64,000 nucleotides of DNA from a virus: IMG/VR virus record IMGVR_UViG_3300044213_000170, positions 64,001 to 128,000 of that record. One strand, given 5' to 3'. Positions 36,434 through 47,750 of the stretch are shown here, in pieces. A program made the translations under genes and the position numbers. Under the pieces are notes generated by a model, which searched no databases, was not told where the DNA came from, and saw only the letters and a list, made by a program, of their open reading frames with translations. The stretch's first letter is position 1. Each line of letters starts with the position of its first letter.

Positions 36434-38710
36434 TTAAGCCGAGTAATCCCCGGACCAATCTGAAGCTGTAGTTGTGGCATCAGCTCCGCCACCTGCTACA
36501 ACTGTATCATTATTTACTGCATTTGGAATTGCAGAATCCTGATTATTGCTGACTACTGCGGTGTCGGGATTGATTCCCGAATTACTGAACACGGTGCTGG
36601 TCCAATTGGTTGCTGTAGGTGCTTGCACTTGAGTAAAATTTCCCGATGCATCTTTGAAATATTGAGAACCGTCTTGATATGTTATTGTGCCAGATCCGTC
36701 ATTTTCGTAAACAGAACTCACAACGTTCTGATTGGGATTGTTTGCATTAAATCCGCCGGTGCCGAACGTAGATCCAACGAAATTGCTGATACTGCCAGTT
36801 ACACTATTAAATCCTTGGCTTATGCTATTCGCAAAACCATTAGCAATAGGTTGTAAAGTATTATTAATTAATTTACCAGTAACTAATCCTGCAGCACCGC
36901 TTATACCTGCTGCCACAGTTTTACCGATTGCACTTTGACCTAAAAATCCGCCAGTCAATCCTTGATATAAAGATTGTCCTGCCAATGCTCCGCCTACTAA
37001 ACCTGCTGTTCCTGTTAAACTGTTGACTATCTGTGCAGATGTGCCGCCTACTGTTGTAGTAATACCAGTAGTGGGATTTGTGTAGTAGCTTACTCCTCCA
37101 GCGAATGTTTGGCCAGTTGACGAAATCAAAGCACCTGTATTTTGCGGCACTGCTGGGTTTTGCAGTACATTTGGATTATATGATGATCCAGGGATCAACC
37201 CAACCTGATTACCATTTGCATCTTTTGTTACTACTGTTCCATCATTGTATGTTTGCTGCGATACAACATTTCCTTGAGGGTCCGTAATTGTTTGTGTGCT
37301 TTTTAAATTATCTGTCGGGCTATTGGGATTATATGTACCGTTAGCTGTAGTAAAGACCGATGTAGTGCTAATTTGTTTTCCGGTAGGATCAAGTACTGCT
37401 ACAGTCTGTTGATTTGTAATTGGTTGTCCTGCACTATTAACATAAACATATGAACCGCCGGACCCTTGGACCGTGTATACCGGTGCCTGCCCCTGAGACT
37501 GGAAAACACCAGTAACTACTCCTTGTACCCATTGATTTGATACCTGTTGCCCTGTTTGTAACAACCCGCCAGCTGCTGCGCCTGCTATTCCACTTATTAC
37601 ATTTGTTGGGGATGGTAACATACCGAAGTTTGTGGTCGGTACACTAACAGAATTGCTGAATGCACTATTGATTGCTTGACTAACTGCACTAATTCCGATA
37701 CTACCCAATGTTTGTGCTGCTAAATTTTGAAAATTTGTGCCTTGTAAATTCTTTATTAAATTCGCAATATTATTTGCGGTCGATAATAAATTAGATCCGC
37801 TTGAGCCGTCAGGTCTTGCCAAGTCCTTAGTACCACTATTTAATGCACCGAGTAAACCGTTGTCATTATAAATGTTAGTTACGCTGGTGCTAATTGGACT
37901 TTGTACATCATCATAATGTATAGTAGCAAAGCCCTCGACATCCAATGGATTTATATAACCTGTTTTGTACTTGACTGTTTCAAACGTAATAGTCATGGTA
38001 TTCTCTAATAGACCAGTACCGTCGACATTACTATGCTCGCCGTGACGCCAATCTGTTATGATAGGATTTATTAATTCGTATTCAGTAAATCTTTTATTAT
38101 GTAAACTAAAAAGTTGTATACTTTTAAAAAACGGTATATTACTACCATTTCTAGTAGTGTACCCCCATTTCGAAGTAGGTCTTCCAGCATAAATTCCTGT
38201 CTGCTGTTTAAAACCCGAATAAGGATTTGTCAGTGTAGCAGTTGAAGAAAATAAACTATTATCTGTAGAATAATCGCTATCTCGGTAATAATATGTATAG
38301 TAATCGTTCCACAGGCCTGTAACGGTATCGGCGGCATCATCATGAAAAGTTATACTAACTGGATCGTATGATATGTGTGTTTGTATAACATTTTTCCTGT
38401 TATAAGAATTCAAAGTTTTTGTGTCGATTTTAAATTTTGGTAATTCAACTCTTTTAGCTAGCATGCCTGCTTCTAACTGTTGTAAGCTAGTTTGACTAGA
38501 TACTGTTGATCCTGATATTGTGTTAGATAATGTAGATAAAAACCCCGCCGGTAAATCGGAATTTATTTGCAGTCTGACGTAATATAAAAATGCCTGTTTA
38601 GGCGATAACTTGTAATTATCAGCTAAAAAAAGTTTTGTAGCGTGTTGATAATCGTGTGTCCACTGACCTTGTGTAAGTGGTTTTAAATCGGCATTATACA
38701 GAGTAGACAT
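36434..38710 (-). CDS. Tail-tube-like baseplate protein (gp48/gp54-like) with long G/S/T/N-rich extension
   Basis: N-terminal tube-fold motifs (VELPKF, YDPVSITFHDD, TMTITFE). Confidence 0.6.
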   Translation of the reverse strand: MSTLYNADLKPLTQGQWTHDYQHATKLFLADNYKLSPKQAFLYYVRLQINSDLPAGFLSTLSNTISGSTVSSQTSLQQLEAGMLAKRVELPKFKIDTKTLNSYNRKNVIQTHISYDPVSITFHDDAADTVTGLWNDYYTYYYRDSDYSTDNSLFSSTATLTNPYSGFKQQTGIYAGRPTSKWGYTTRNGSNIPFFKSIQLFSLHNKRFTEYELINPIITDWRHGEHSNVDGTGLLENTMTITFETVKYKTGYINPLDVEGFATIHYDDVQSPISTSVTNIYNDNGLLGALNSGTKDLARPDGSSGSNLLSTANNIANLIKNLQGTNFQNLAAQTLGSIGISAVSQAINSAFSNSVSVPTTNFGMLPSPTNVISGIAGAAAGGLLQTGQQVSNQWVQGVVTGVFQSQGQAPVYTVQGSGGSYVYVNSAGQPITNQQTVAVLDPTGKQISTTSVFTTANGTYNPNSPTDNLKSTQTITDPQGNVVSQQTYNDGTVVTKDANGNQVGLIPGSSYNPNVLQNPAVPQNTGALISSTGQTFAGGVSYYTNPTTGITTTVGGTSAQIVNSLTGTAGLVGGALAGQSLYQGLTGGFLGQSAIGKTVAAGISGAAGLVTGKLINNTLQPIANGFANSISQGFNSVTGSISNFVGSTFGTGGFNANNPNQNVVSSVYENDGSGTITYQDGSQYFKDASGNFTQVQAPTATNWTSTVFSNSGINPDTAVVSNNQDSAIPNAVNNDTVVAGGGADATTTASDWSGDYSA

Positions 38711-38727
38711 ACAAATATTTATCTCAA

Positions 38728-38753
38728 TAAAAAACCCACTCGAAAGTGGGTTT
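38728..38753 (-). terminator. Intrinsic terminator after the tail tube gene
   Basis: AAACCCAC-TTTCGA-GTGGGTTTTTT. Confidence 0.8.
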
Positions 38754-38770
38754 AAGTAGTTAATGCCAAT

Positions 38771-39385
38771 TTAACCAGTAATGGTTGTACCGTTTCCACG
38801 TGGAACACTAGTACCAACACCGCCACCAGTTGTTTGCATAGCGTTATCCATGCGAATCGACATAGTAATAGTCATTGGCTCATTATTAGCATAACTTGCT
38901 TCGTTGTAGTTAACATCAGTTAAGAAACAACCATATAATTCCCAAGCCTCTAATATTACTGGTTCGTATGCACCGTTCGATCCGTCTAGCATTTCAATTC
39001 GTGCAGTGAATTTATAGTCGATACCAGAACTTGCACTAGCTTGTTCCATAAAATCAAACTGCTTTTGTAATTGTTCGCCAACCAAACGACTTACATTGCC
39101 GCCTGCGTCATCACGTAATACCACTTGTGCAGCTTGCCATACTGGACGACCTGCCAAGTATACGTGGCTGTTATATACTGGAATATCAATCGCTTCCATT
39201 TGAACTTGTGGGCGTGCAAAACTTACAATTTGTTTAGTAAGTTCTGTAGTAGGTGTAGTAACACCAAACTTATCAAAACTTCCTCTAAAACGAAACTGCA
39301 ATTTTGGCATCAACAAGCCCTGGGCCGAAGCACTTTGGTTTCCGCTCAACGGTACTGTAAATTTTGTTAATGATGAAACTGCCAT
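38771..39385 (-). CDS. gp19: Tail tube protein
   Basis: FRFR, YLAGRPVW, WELYGCFLTDVNY; follows the sheath gene. Confidence 0.85.
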   Translation of the reverse strand: MAVSSLTKFTVPLSGNQSASAQGLLMPKLQFRFRGSFDKFGVTTPTTELTKQIVSFARPQVQMEAIDIPVYNSHVYLAGRPVWQAAQVVLRDDAGGNVSRLVGEQLQKQFDFMEQASASSGIDYKFTARIEMLDGSNGAYEPVILEAWELYGCFLTDVNYNEASYANNEPMTITMSIRMDNAMQTTGGGVGTSVPRGNGTTITG

Positions 39386-39389
39386 TTTA

Positions 39390-42300
39390 TTATGCTCCTG
39401 TTCCTACTGTTGTTGCAGGTGCTATGTTGCTACTTTGTAACTGACCTGCGGCTACTAACCTAATAGGAATGTAAATAAACTCAACATCCTTGGTCGGTTG
39501 TACTGCAATATCTACCCATAATTCGTTACGATCGATACGAGTTGGCGTATTATTGCTGCTATCGCAAACTACTAAGTAATCTGCTACACCTCGTTTAGCA
39601 ACTAAATCATTCATTATGCCGCTAACTACAGCAGTAACGTTCTTTTGTGTAATCGAATCATTTGGTTCAAATAAGAACGGACGACTCACAATGTTTAATT
39701 GTTTTCTAATATAATTTACTAATCGTGCTACGTTAATGCGATCCAAACTACTTGGGTTACCTGCTAATGTCTTTTGACCGTATATTACTAAACCTGCACC
39801 TGGCAAGTTAGTTAACGGATTGATTTTATTAGCATACATAACATCGCGTAGTCCCTGGGTAATACCTGCAGAAATAAAAGCGCCTGATGCTCCGTCTACG
39901 TAACCGATAGCAGATATGTTATCTACTATACCTCTACGTGTACCTGCCGGTGCTATCCAAGGATAACTTGCATTGTCGCTATTTAAAATTGCTTTTAATA
40001 CTGCATGACTTGGAGGTACTACAATAATATTTCCAGATAGGTCAGTAGTTTGCCCCGATGGATAATATACCCCAACGTATGGGTCAGTAACTGATAATGC
40101 TGTTTCACCTGTTGCATTACTACCAGCGGCATTTGATGCCCAATTTTGAATTGCTGTTTCTGATGCAGGCAATCTGAATGGAGTATCACCGATGACAAAT
40201 GCTGTATTGCCTTTATCGTTGTTTAACGTTGCCATATAAGGCATCAATTCTGGATAACCAGGACATGCTATTAAATTAAATTGCGTTGCATCTTCTCTCA
40301 ATGAAGTGCTGCTATCAATTGCTGCTGTTAATGCTGCAATTACAACACCGCGCTGGGCTTTACGACCAAAATTTGGGATTGATTCAGGCTGATATCCAAC
40401 AACAGATACCCAAGTACTTTCTACGGCAGGTATCACTTGATTTGGATATGCCGACGCTGTAAAGTACATAGACTTAAATTGTTTTACATTAAACCCGCTA
40501 GCTCTTGTATTAAACAATAACATTCCGCGTGGATGTAATGTTGGATCTGGCGCATCTAAATCTACATAACTGCTTACAGCTAATTCTGCCATACTAGGCA
40601 TATCATCTAATGCAGGATCTACGTTGCCGCTAGTTGCCCATCGAGCATCAGCAAAGATAATGCCATTTTGACTTACGCTATCAGTATTGCTAATTGCTAC
40701 CCATTTGTCAATTCCAGATACACGTTCCCATCTATTAATCTTTGGGAAATTTTCTACATCGCTGGTATCTAGCCATAGATCACCATAAACCAACGCATTC
40801 CCGTTATCTTGGGATGCAGGGCTACTAGATCTTACTATAATGCCGTTGGCATTTGTATTTGATAAATTATATCCACGAACATCTGCGGTAACAGTTCTAT
40901 ATCCTGCCCAAGCAGAGCCAGTGTTGATCATAATATCAACACGAGAAGGAGAATTGAAATACCAATTGGTATTGTCAACTGGCTGAGATACAGGCGCCGT
41001 AGGCGATGCATAATAGCCTGTCGAACACAGAGGTGCCCAGTTAGATATCAAATATGACATATCATTTGTGGCACTAAGATATGTATTAGTCGATGTAGCA
41101 TTAATACCAACGTTAGCTAAAGGTGTTCCGGTTATATCCTGTACACCAATATCACCCCCAGTTACATGTGTTATAGTAACTGCACCCGATACCGTAATAG
41201 CAGCACTTACATTAGGCATATCTGCTGCAACAATTGCCCTTACTAATCCAGACGGACTAGCTGTAGTTACTGTTATTCTCTTAGATAGAAAATTTCCAGA
41301 ACCAGTCGAATAATATACATCAAATTGGTCATTAACGCTTGGATTAAGAACCACAGGAGTAGTTGCGGTTGCAACTGTTGGGCCAGCATTTTTTCTATAG
41401 AAAAACTGACTTCCTACAGTTGGATACAGATTTAACTCAACTTGAACATCCGCAAACATTGTGCCCACTGGAATGTTTAATCCACCACCAGTGGGATCAA
41501 AAATATGAGTAGCAGTCGATGCATTAGATGTGAAAACTGTTAGTTCTACTGGCACCCAACTATTAGTTGGTGCATTAAACTGCTTTACTACTGGTGCATA
41601 TCCGTTGCCGATTATGCTGGTCTTATGCCACACACTGCCCGTAGGACGGCCTTGGCCTAGTGTGATATCAGTTGTTTCAAAATGCGGTACCTTATAGTAC
41701 GGACCAACACTTAGAGCAGCACCATAATAAATGCCAGGTTTAATTCCTAAATCTCTCAATGCGAAACCCACATGATCGACAATATTTAATTTGCCATCAA
41801 CATGAGTACCGTCACTGGTTGCAGTATGGATTGCTGTAATAATCAATTGGGTGGTGCTACTAACCCTAGCAGAAACACCGGTGATCGATGCTGCATTAAT
41901 ATATCCTGCAACTGTTGCTAAACTATCGCCTATATTTAAACCAATAGTTTGGCCGTTTACAGAAATAGTTGCACTTGCAGTGATTACGCCGTCGGTACTA
42001 GTAACTGTTCCTGTAACTGTAGGAACACCTTGTTCCCAACCAATATTGCCTACTAGTTGCCACGTATTATCATAACGTTTGCAGAAAATATGATTGTGAC
42101 CAGTAGTTACTACTGCAACATAAGATCCGATCGTACCAAAAGATGTATCTGGACCTAAATCATCATCTGCGGCATCACCTGTAAATACTCTTTGCTTATC
42201 ATAATCAACAAATACCGTTTGTTGTTCAAACATCTGAGTAGATGCATTCCACTCAAATATACCGAAATTTGTATCAGCTGTATCAAACCAATATGTGCCG

Positions 42301-42695
42301 TCAACAGGACCGTTTACTGGACGGATAGATGTACCAGTAAGTTCTGCTAAATCGACATCTGCACGTTGAACATAGATGTTATTACTTACACCTAGCGCAC
42401 TGTAAGCCGCCAATAAACCATATTCGTTTTGTTCGCCGGCATTGATCGACGATCCTGTCGATGATGTATTAAATATTGGATTGCCGAACGTGTTAACTAA
42501 GTCACGTTGGCTTGCAATATTATAAACTGTGCCTGCATTTTCTTTTAATGTGCCGCTAGCATAAGCTGTGCCGCCTGGCGCAACTTTATTTTCTGCTGTG
42601 GCTAATAATACGTATGCTGTACTTCCGTTAGTAGATGGAGCATAATTGCTCTGATCTGTTACACTAACTTGTACGCCTGGAGAAACTAATGCCAT
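39390..42695 (-). CDS. gp18: Contractile tail sheath protein
   Basis: MALVSPGVQV, PWIAPAGTRRG, GQKTL, RINVARL, FEPND. Confidence 0.95.
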   Translation of the reverse strand: MALVSPGVQVSVTDQSNYAPSTNGSTAYVLLATAENKVAPGGTAYASGTLKENAGTVYNIASQRDLVNTFGNPIFNTSSTGSSINAGEQNEYGLLAAYSALGVSNNIYVQRADVDLAELTGTSIRPVNGPVDGTYWFDTADTNFGIFEWNASTQMFEQQTVFVDYDKQRVFTGDAADDDLGPDTSFGTIGSYVAVVTTGHNHIFCKRYDNTWQLVGNIGWEQGVPTVTGTVTSTDGVITASATISVNGQTIGLNIGDSLATVAGYINAASITGVSARVSSTTQLIITAIHTATSDGTHVDGKLNIVDHVGFALRDLGIKPGIYYGAALSVGPYYKVPHFETTDITLGQGRPTGSVWHKTSIIGNGYAPVVKQFNAPTNSWVPVELTVFTSNASTATHIFDPTGGGLNIPVGTMFADVQVELNLYPTVGSQFFYRKNAGPTVATATTPVVLNPSVNDQFDVYYSTGSGNFLSKRITVTTASPSGLVRAIVAADMPNVSAAITVSGAVTITHVTGGDIGVQDITGTPLANVGINATSTNTYLSATNDMSYLISNWAPLCSTGYYASPTAPVSQPVDNTNWYFNSPSRVDIMINTGSAWAGYRTVTADVRGYNLSNTNANGIIVRSSSPASQDNGNALVYGDLWLDTSDVENFPKINRWERVSGIDKWVAISNTDSVSQNGIIFADARWATSGNVDPALDDMPSMAELAVSSYVDLDAPDPTLHPRGMLLFNTRASGFNVKQFKSMYFTASAYPNQVIPAVESTWVSVVGYQPESIPNFGRKAQRGVVIAALTAAIDSSTSLREDATQFNLIACPGYPELMPYMATLNNDKGNTAFVIGDTPFRLPASETAIQNWASNAAGSNATGETALSVTDPYVGVYYPSGQTTDLSGNIIVVPPSHAVLKAILNSDNASYPWIAPAGTRRGIVDNISAIGYVDGASGAFISAGITQGLRDVMYANKINPLTNLPGAGLVIYGQKTLAGNPSSLDRINVARLVNYIRKQLNIVSRPFLFEPNDSITQKNVTAVVSGIMNDLVAKRGVADYLVVCDSSNNTPTRIDRNELWVDIAVQPTKDVEFIYIPIRLVAAGQLQSSNIAPATTVGTGA

Positions 42696-42790
42696 GTTTC
42701 ATATCCTCATAAACTATAAAGATATTTATTAAATATCTAAAAAAATACAAGGTTGTGTTGCCCTTTGCAAAGGTTTGGGTAAATATAGCT

Positions 42791-43138
42791 ATGAAAAGAC
42801 CACTTTGTTTAGTCTGTAATCAAAATTTGGCTGCTGTAAACTATATAAAGAATAGTCAATATCACTACAGAAAAATGTGTGATAGTTGTATTCGAAAAGG
42901 TAAAAAGATAAAGGCCGTTCCGGCTTGGTTTAGAGCCGGATATCGAAAAAAGCAAATCTGCGAATGGTGTGGATACAAAGCAAAATACTTAGATAAACAA
43001 ATGACAGTTTATCATGTTGATGGGAATCTAAAAAATGTTTCGTCTCAAAATCTTAAGACAGTATGCCTTAATTGTCGTATAGAACTTGCACATAGCCATC
43101 TGCCATGGAAAGAAAGTCCTATTATACCAGACTTTTGA
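42791..43138 (+). CDS. Zn-finger/HNH-like protein
   Basis: CxxC pairs; HVDGNLKN...NLKTVCLNC. Confidence 0.7.
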   Translation: MKRPLCLVCNQNLAAVNYIKNSQYHYRKMCDSCIRKGKKIKAVPAWFRAGYRKKQICEWCGYKAKYLDKQMTVYHVDGNLKNVSSQNLKTVCLNCRIELAHSHLPWKESPIIPDF

Positions 43139-43724
43139 GCTCGGCGTATAATTCCTCAATTGACCCGTTATTATCAATAATTGCATCAAAATTTGTAGGT
43201 GCCCAGCTATACTCGCTTGCATGAATATTAGGATAACATTCTTTCATTAATTGCGGCGCCGATCGTGCAGTATGAAACCAATCGGGATCTCTTCCCCTCG
43301 AAATTCTAATCATTTTGCCGCCTGCTTGTCTAATACTATTAATTTCGTTCGGAAAACGACAGTCAGTAATAACAATATTATCCGTTGCATTACGTAGTCT
43401 ATTTTCCAAGCTAGCAATCCACATATCGTCATGAAACCCGACTCTGATAACTTCTGTCCCCCATAATTGTAAGACTAATCGGGGTGTCAACTCCGGCATT
43501 CCCAGTCGTGCGGCCCACCAAGTATCAACGGTTTCTCGCCATTCTCTTGCTTGTGCTGTGCGGCCTTCTAGTAGATCTCTATCCCATCCGAATATATTCG
43601 AAACTGCATCTTTAAGAGTACTAGCAAAACTTTCTCTCCGAAACCCGTGAAAATTAACCAAGTAGTCTGCCGCAGTATCTTTGCCTGATCCGATTAACCC
43701 AACCAGTCCAATAATTGTTGTCAT
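43122..43724 (-). CDS. gp1: Deoxynucleoside monophosphate kinase
   Basis: GLIGSGKDT, FASTLKD, TPRLVLQLWGTE, DCRFPNE, HASE. Confidence 0.92.
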   Translation of the reverse strand: MTTIIGLVGLIGSGKDTAADYLVNFHGFRRESFASTLKDAVSNIFGWDRDLLEGRTAQAREWRETVDTWWAARLGMPELTPRLVLQLWGTEVIRVGFHDDMWIASLENRLRNATDNIVITDCRFPNEINSIRQAGGKMIRISRGRDPDWFHTARSAPQLMKECYPNIHASEYSWAPTNFDAIIDNNGSIEELYAELKSLV

Positions 43725-43791
43725 AAATTACCCTGTGTATGTCAAGTATTTTACACAGATTTAAATTCTTGTCAACAATTAATGAGTTAGT

Positions 43792-44952
43792 TTATCCAGT
43801 AATCCAAGTTAACGGTTGAGAACCATCAACATAGCGTTTCAATTCCTCTTCGAGCTTTTCCATTTCGGCTTGTGCTTCCTGCATCAATGCGGCTCCATTT
43901 AACTGTGACCCGCCTTGTGGTCCTGCTACCGAACTAAACTTGCCACGTGCTTGCCCTAAAATGCTCTTAGCAAATGCCAATGAGTATTCTTGTAACCAAG
44001 GATATACTTGCGGATCACTCAATAGCATACTGTCTGGTTTTTGGTTATATACCCAAAGCAACACACTTTCAGTACTAATGTTTCCGTCTACCTCGGGACT
44101 CCAAACTTTTGTTTGTCGTAAACTATAGCCAGGGGCAACTTCAGTTGCACCCAGACTCTGAGTTGCTATAACTGTTATCACTGTACAAGAACCGTCCACA
44201 CTTGCTACAGTGTATTGACCGCTATATCCCGCAACCGGACATTGTTCTATATAAATTCTATTGCCTGCCGCTATAGTAACTGGGTTACCTAACGTAAGGG
44301 TAATAGTGCTACCTATAGCAGTGCCGTTACTGGTTATTGTACTGATATTTAAATAGGTGTGGCCGTAATCGGGTATTTTACGAAGAACTGTGAGTTTCTT
44401 CGTTACTTTATTCCAAGTATAATTCATGTAACCACCAAACATAGTCATAGCTAATTTTTGATAGTCAACGAACAGTTCATAATTTAACAAACCACCAACA
44501 CGGCCTGCTACCAACATATATGTATTCAAATAACCACTAGCAAATGGTTCAAATTGACTGGCAGTTGTACCTGTAGTACTGCCGATGCCTCTACGGAAAA
44601 TTTGTCTAACATCCGTTATGTAACTAGGCAAAATATATTCTTGAACTTCGGGCAGTAAATTTAAAAATACATAGCTTTCTTCTGTTGAATTTTGTGCTTT
44701 TTGTCTGTACTTTGTCAGTGCTTGTTTAATCGAAAGCTCATAATGTTCTTTGTCTAATTCAACATCAACAATTTGATCACCTAAGCGCAAACGAATATAA
44801 TCAATCATTTCGTTACGAAGTTGATTAAGTGTGTGAATTTGTGCATTAACCTCTATGGCACTATCTTGGCTGATAGGGCCCGGGCCGCCGAGATTTTCTG
44901 TCTCTATAGAGAAACTAGATGTTAACCCTGGTTGTATCTGTAATGATGGCAT
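43792..44952 (-). CDS. gp13: Neck protein gp13-like
   Basis: RLGDQIVDVEL; W..EY.LA..K..LG..RGKF...PQGG..LNG. Confidence 0.85.
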   Translation of the reverse strand: MPSLQIQPGLTSSFSIETENLGGPGPISQDSAIEVNAQIHTLNQLRNEMIDYIRLRLGDQIVDVELDKEHYELSIKQALTKYRQKAQNSTEESYVFLNLLPEVQEYILPSYITDVRQIFRRGIGSTTGTTASQFEPFASGYLNTYMLVAGRVGGLLNYELFVDYQKLAMTMFGGYMNYTWNKVTKKLTVLRKIPDYGHTYLNISTITSNGTAIGSTITLTLGNPVTIAAGNRIYIEQCPVAGYSGQYTVASVDGSCTVITVIATQSLGATEVAPGYSLRQTKVWSPEVDGNISTESVLLWVYNQKPDSMLLSDPQVYPWLQEYSLAFAKSILGQARGKFSSVAGPQGGSQLNGAALMQEAQAEMEKLEEELKRYVDGSQPLTWITG

Positions 44953-44996
44953 AAATTATATCCTATTAACCGTATTTAGCTAATAGGATACAATAC

Positions 44997-46148
44997 TCAT
45001 TCGACTTTTAACAATAGAATATCTGTGTTAATTCGGCCATTCATTTTAATCTCAGTGGCTTTGATGTCTTCGAGGAATTTACGCAATTGTACCTTGCCCG
45101 TTTTTGCAAATTCTTTAAGTTTTTCGTCGGGTTTACGTAGCGTTTTGCACACACTTTTGTCTGCGTCAAATCCTGTTATTGTTGTACCTTTGATTCCCAA
45201 AGTTTGGTAGCTGGCCGCAACATACTTACCCAATTTGCGAGTTTTGGCATTATAGATCCACAATGCACTTGCGCCCACAACGTCTGCAGGATTTATACTG
45301 ACAATCTTGAGTTCTTTATTTTCTTTGGCAAATTTCAGTTTAGCAACCAATTTTTCTTTACTGGGTGCTTTTTTAACTCTTGCTTTTTTAGTGGCTTTTT
45401 TAACACCACGATATTGTTCGATCGCCGATAACAAGTCCGAGATCCACGAAATACGGCGTTTGAAATCAGCGGTCTTATAATGGGAATATGCCTCTTTAAG
45501 TTGACTATCTGTTTTTGCCTGTGCTTGTTCCAGCTCTTCTTTACGTTTACTGTAAAGACTTTCATATTTGCTCAATTGACTTTGAACAATATTTTTGTTG
45601 GTGAGCCAGTCATAAAACTTAACAGAGCTCAGGTCATCATACTTTCCTTCAAGTTCTCCAATGAGCTCCGAGGTTTTTTCTGCCAGTCTGTCCTGGATAG
45701 TAGGTTTATACACTGCTGGTTCAGCGGCTTCGGCGTGAAGCACTTGCTCGGGCTCCGCTGTTGCAATTGCTTCTAATATGCATTTGTCCAAGAATTCGAT
45801 ATGCCGTGGTCGAAAATGCATCCCGGCTCGATGTGCCATAACGAGGCTACACGCCGTCATAGGAATACTACGGTCCGACGACCGTTCAAATGCACGGATT
45901 TCTTCTTTGGAAAACTCCGATGCAGTTTTCATCCACTCGACGACATATTTTTTGGTATCTTTTTGACTGTAATAATAATTGTAGTAATAAAAACTTCGAC
46001 GAAGTAAGTTATCAAATTGATCCTGTGGCCAATCTTTCGATTCTTCGGGCCACTGAGGCTCTGTCCCAGTGTACTTTTCATCTAAAAAATGGCCGCCCCT
46101 GGGCTTGCTTACTTTAGTTTTAATTTTGATTCCAGCTACAACCGCCAT
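44997..46148 (-). CDS. Hypothetical phage protein
   Basis: 383 aa, own sigma70-like promoter, KTLRKP...NGRIN. Confidence 0.75.
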   Translation of the reverse strand: MAVVAGIKIKTKVSKPRGGHFLDEKYTGTEPQWPEESKDWPQDQFDNLLRRSFYYYNYYYSQKDTKKYVVEWMKTASEFSKEEIRAFERSSDRSIPMTACSLVMAHRAGMHFRPRHIEFLDKCILEAIATAEPEQVLHAEAAEPAVYKPTIQDRLAEKTSELIGELEGKYDDLSSVKFYDWLTNKNIVQSQLSKYESLYSKRKEELEQAQAKTDSQLKEAYSHYKTADFKRRISWISDLLSAIEQYRGVKKATKKARVKKAPSKEKLVAKLKFAKENKELKIVSINPADVVGASALWIYNAKTRKLGKYVAASYQTLGIKGTTITGFDADKSVCKTLRKPDEKLKEFAKTGKVQLRKFLEDIKATEIKMNGRINTDILLLKVE

Positions 46149-46219
46149 AATAATACCCTTTAAGTTGTTTATCTAACCATTATTATAACAGAGGCGGATA
46201 TTTTTGTCAAATACAAAGG

Positions 46220-47494
46220 CTATGTGGGTTTTGGAATGTCAGATTCTGACATTACTACTATATTAGTAGCATCCCGGATCGTATTGTCCATTACTTGTTT
46301 TAGTTGATCAAATTTTCCCAAATATGCATTCATAGTTTTATGGTAATTAAACATCCAGTCTGTGTTCATCGAATCCAAAGTTTGAGCGCATTCTAAGAAA
46401 AAATCGTGTCTGTTGGATAAAAAATCGTTGGTCGAGGAAGTTGTGCGTATATAGCCATCTCCCCATCCCCACCCGTCTATTTTATCGATTCCACTTTTCA
46501 TCAATATAAACTCATTATCCTTGCAAGGGTAAAATCTATAGGTCTGATGTGTATAATAAAAATCCGGACGGGTTTCTATTACTTGATCATAGACAAAATT
46601 GTTGGCTATTTCGTAATCTTTTTTTAGTTGTTGTGCTTTTTTGGCCAAATAAGATAAATGCAAATGTCTCCATAGGCCCCGTGCTTCGCCATTATTAATT
46701 TGGGGGGTGGTGAAATCGCTTACTGTTTGTTCATCTACTATTTCGAGTCCTTTTAGTAACGTACCAAAATATACAGAAATATCATCAATCCTTAATTCCT
46801 TTGTATCAGGAGATCGTCGAAATGTTGGAGTTACAAAATCAGATTTTTTCCAAGTAACAAAATAATAATCAACCTGTTCTGCCATAGAGCTGAAAAAGTG
46901 CATCATATTAGCTCTGCACAATAAAAATGTTCTATAGTGCCCGACTAGCAAAACTGCTATGCGTTTAAATCTATAAGGTTTAACAATTGCTTTTCGATAA
47001 AAATCAGTAAAGTTGCTTTCTAATTCATTAATTTTTCTGTTTATTTCTTCTAGTTTTAAAATATTTGAAAAATTTATAGATGCTATATTACTGCGATTTT
47101 CTTTTTGTTTAACCAGTAATTCATCGTGCCGAGCGGTTACCTGTCTCTCAGACTCAGTCACTAGTAGTTCTTGTTGTTGCAACTCAAGTGTATATTTGTC
47201 GAGCTGTAATCTAATATTGTCTATGGTCAATCGTATAGCAGACAATTCCAATCGGCGTTCACTAAGATCAAGTCTGTCTGCTCGTGATTCTAACTGATCT
47301 TTTTCAATTTGTATGCTTTCATTATCTAATTCAGAAGTCTGCCCGTTTGATAGCTGCCATATTTCTAAATTCTGTTTTTGACCGATTAATTCTTCCAGTT
47401 CAAGATGCAATTCTTTGGCTTTTTCGGTCAACCCAGGATACCAAAGTGCATTTGTATCAACCACTTTTCGCCTAAAAAATTGTCGTTCATTCAT
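46220..47494 (-). CDS. Coiled-coil protein with C-terminal GT-like domain
   Basis: Heptads, then IAVLLVGHYRTF...YDQVIETRPD. Confidence 0.6.
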   Translation of the reverse strand: MNERQFFRRKVVDTNALWYPGLTEKAKELHLELEELIGQKQNLEIWQLSNGQTSELDNESIQIEKDQLESRADRLDLSERRLELSAIRLTIDNIRLQLDKYTLELQQQELLVTESERQVTARHDELLVKQKENRSNIASINFSNILKLEEINRKINELESNFTDFYRKAIVKPYRFKRIAVLLVGHYRTFLLCRANMMHFFSSMAEQVDYYFVTWKKSDFVTPTFRRSPDTKELRIDDISVYFGTLLKGLEIVDEQTVSDFTTPQINNGEARGLWRHLHLSYLAKKAQQLKKDYEIANNFVYDQVIETRPDFYYTHQTYRFYPCKDNEFILMKSGIDKIDGWGWGDGYIRTTSSTNDFLSNRHDFFLECAQTLDSMNTDWMFNYHKTMNAYLGKFDQLKQVMDNTIRDATNIVVMSESDIPKPT

Positions 47495-47498
47495 AATG

Positions 47499-47750
47499 TT
47501 ATCCTAGTAGCCGGCTAAATGTTAGCCACTGATCGAATGTTTCTATAGCATTTTCCAACGATAGTTCAAGTTGATTTAGTTTGGCAGATTTGATATTTCG
47601 TCGACGACATTCCACCATTTCATTGGTTATTTCAAAAATAATATTTTCACAACTTCGGTACAGTTTCAATAAATCCCGCTTATGGTTGTGGTTTTCCGTA
47701 GCGCGAATTGCTCGAGCCATTCGATCTAATGTTGTTTGAAGTTCAGTCAT
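47499..47750 (-). CDS. Hypothetical protein
   Basis: ATG at 47750 after TAAATA motifs. Confidence 0.65.
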   Translation of the reverse strand: MTELQTTLDRMARAIRATENHNHKRDLLKLYRSCENIIFEITNEMVECRRRNIKSAKLNQLELSLENAIETFDQWLTFSRLLG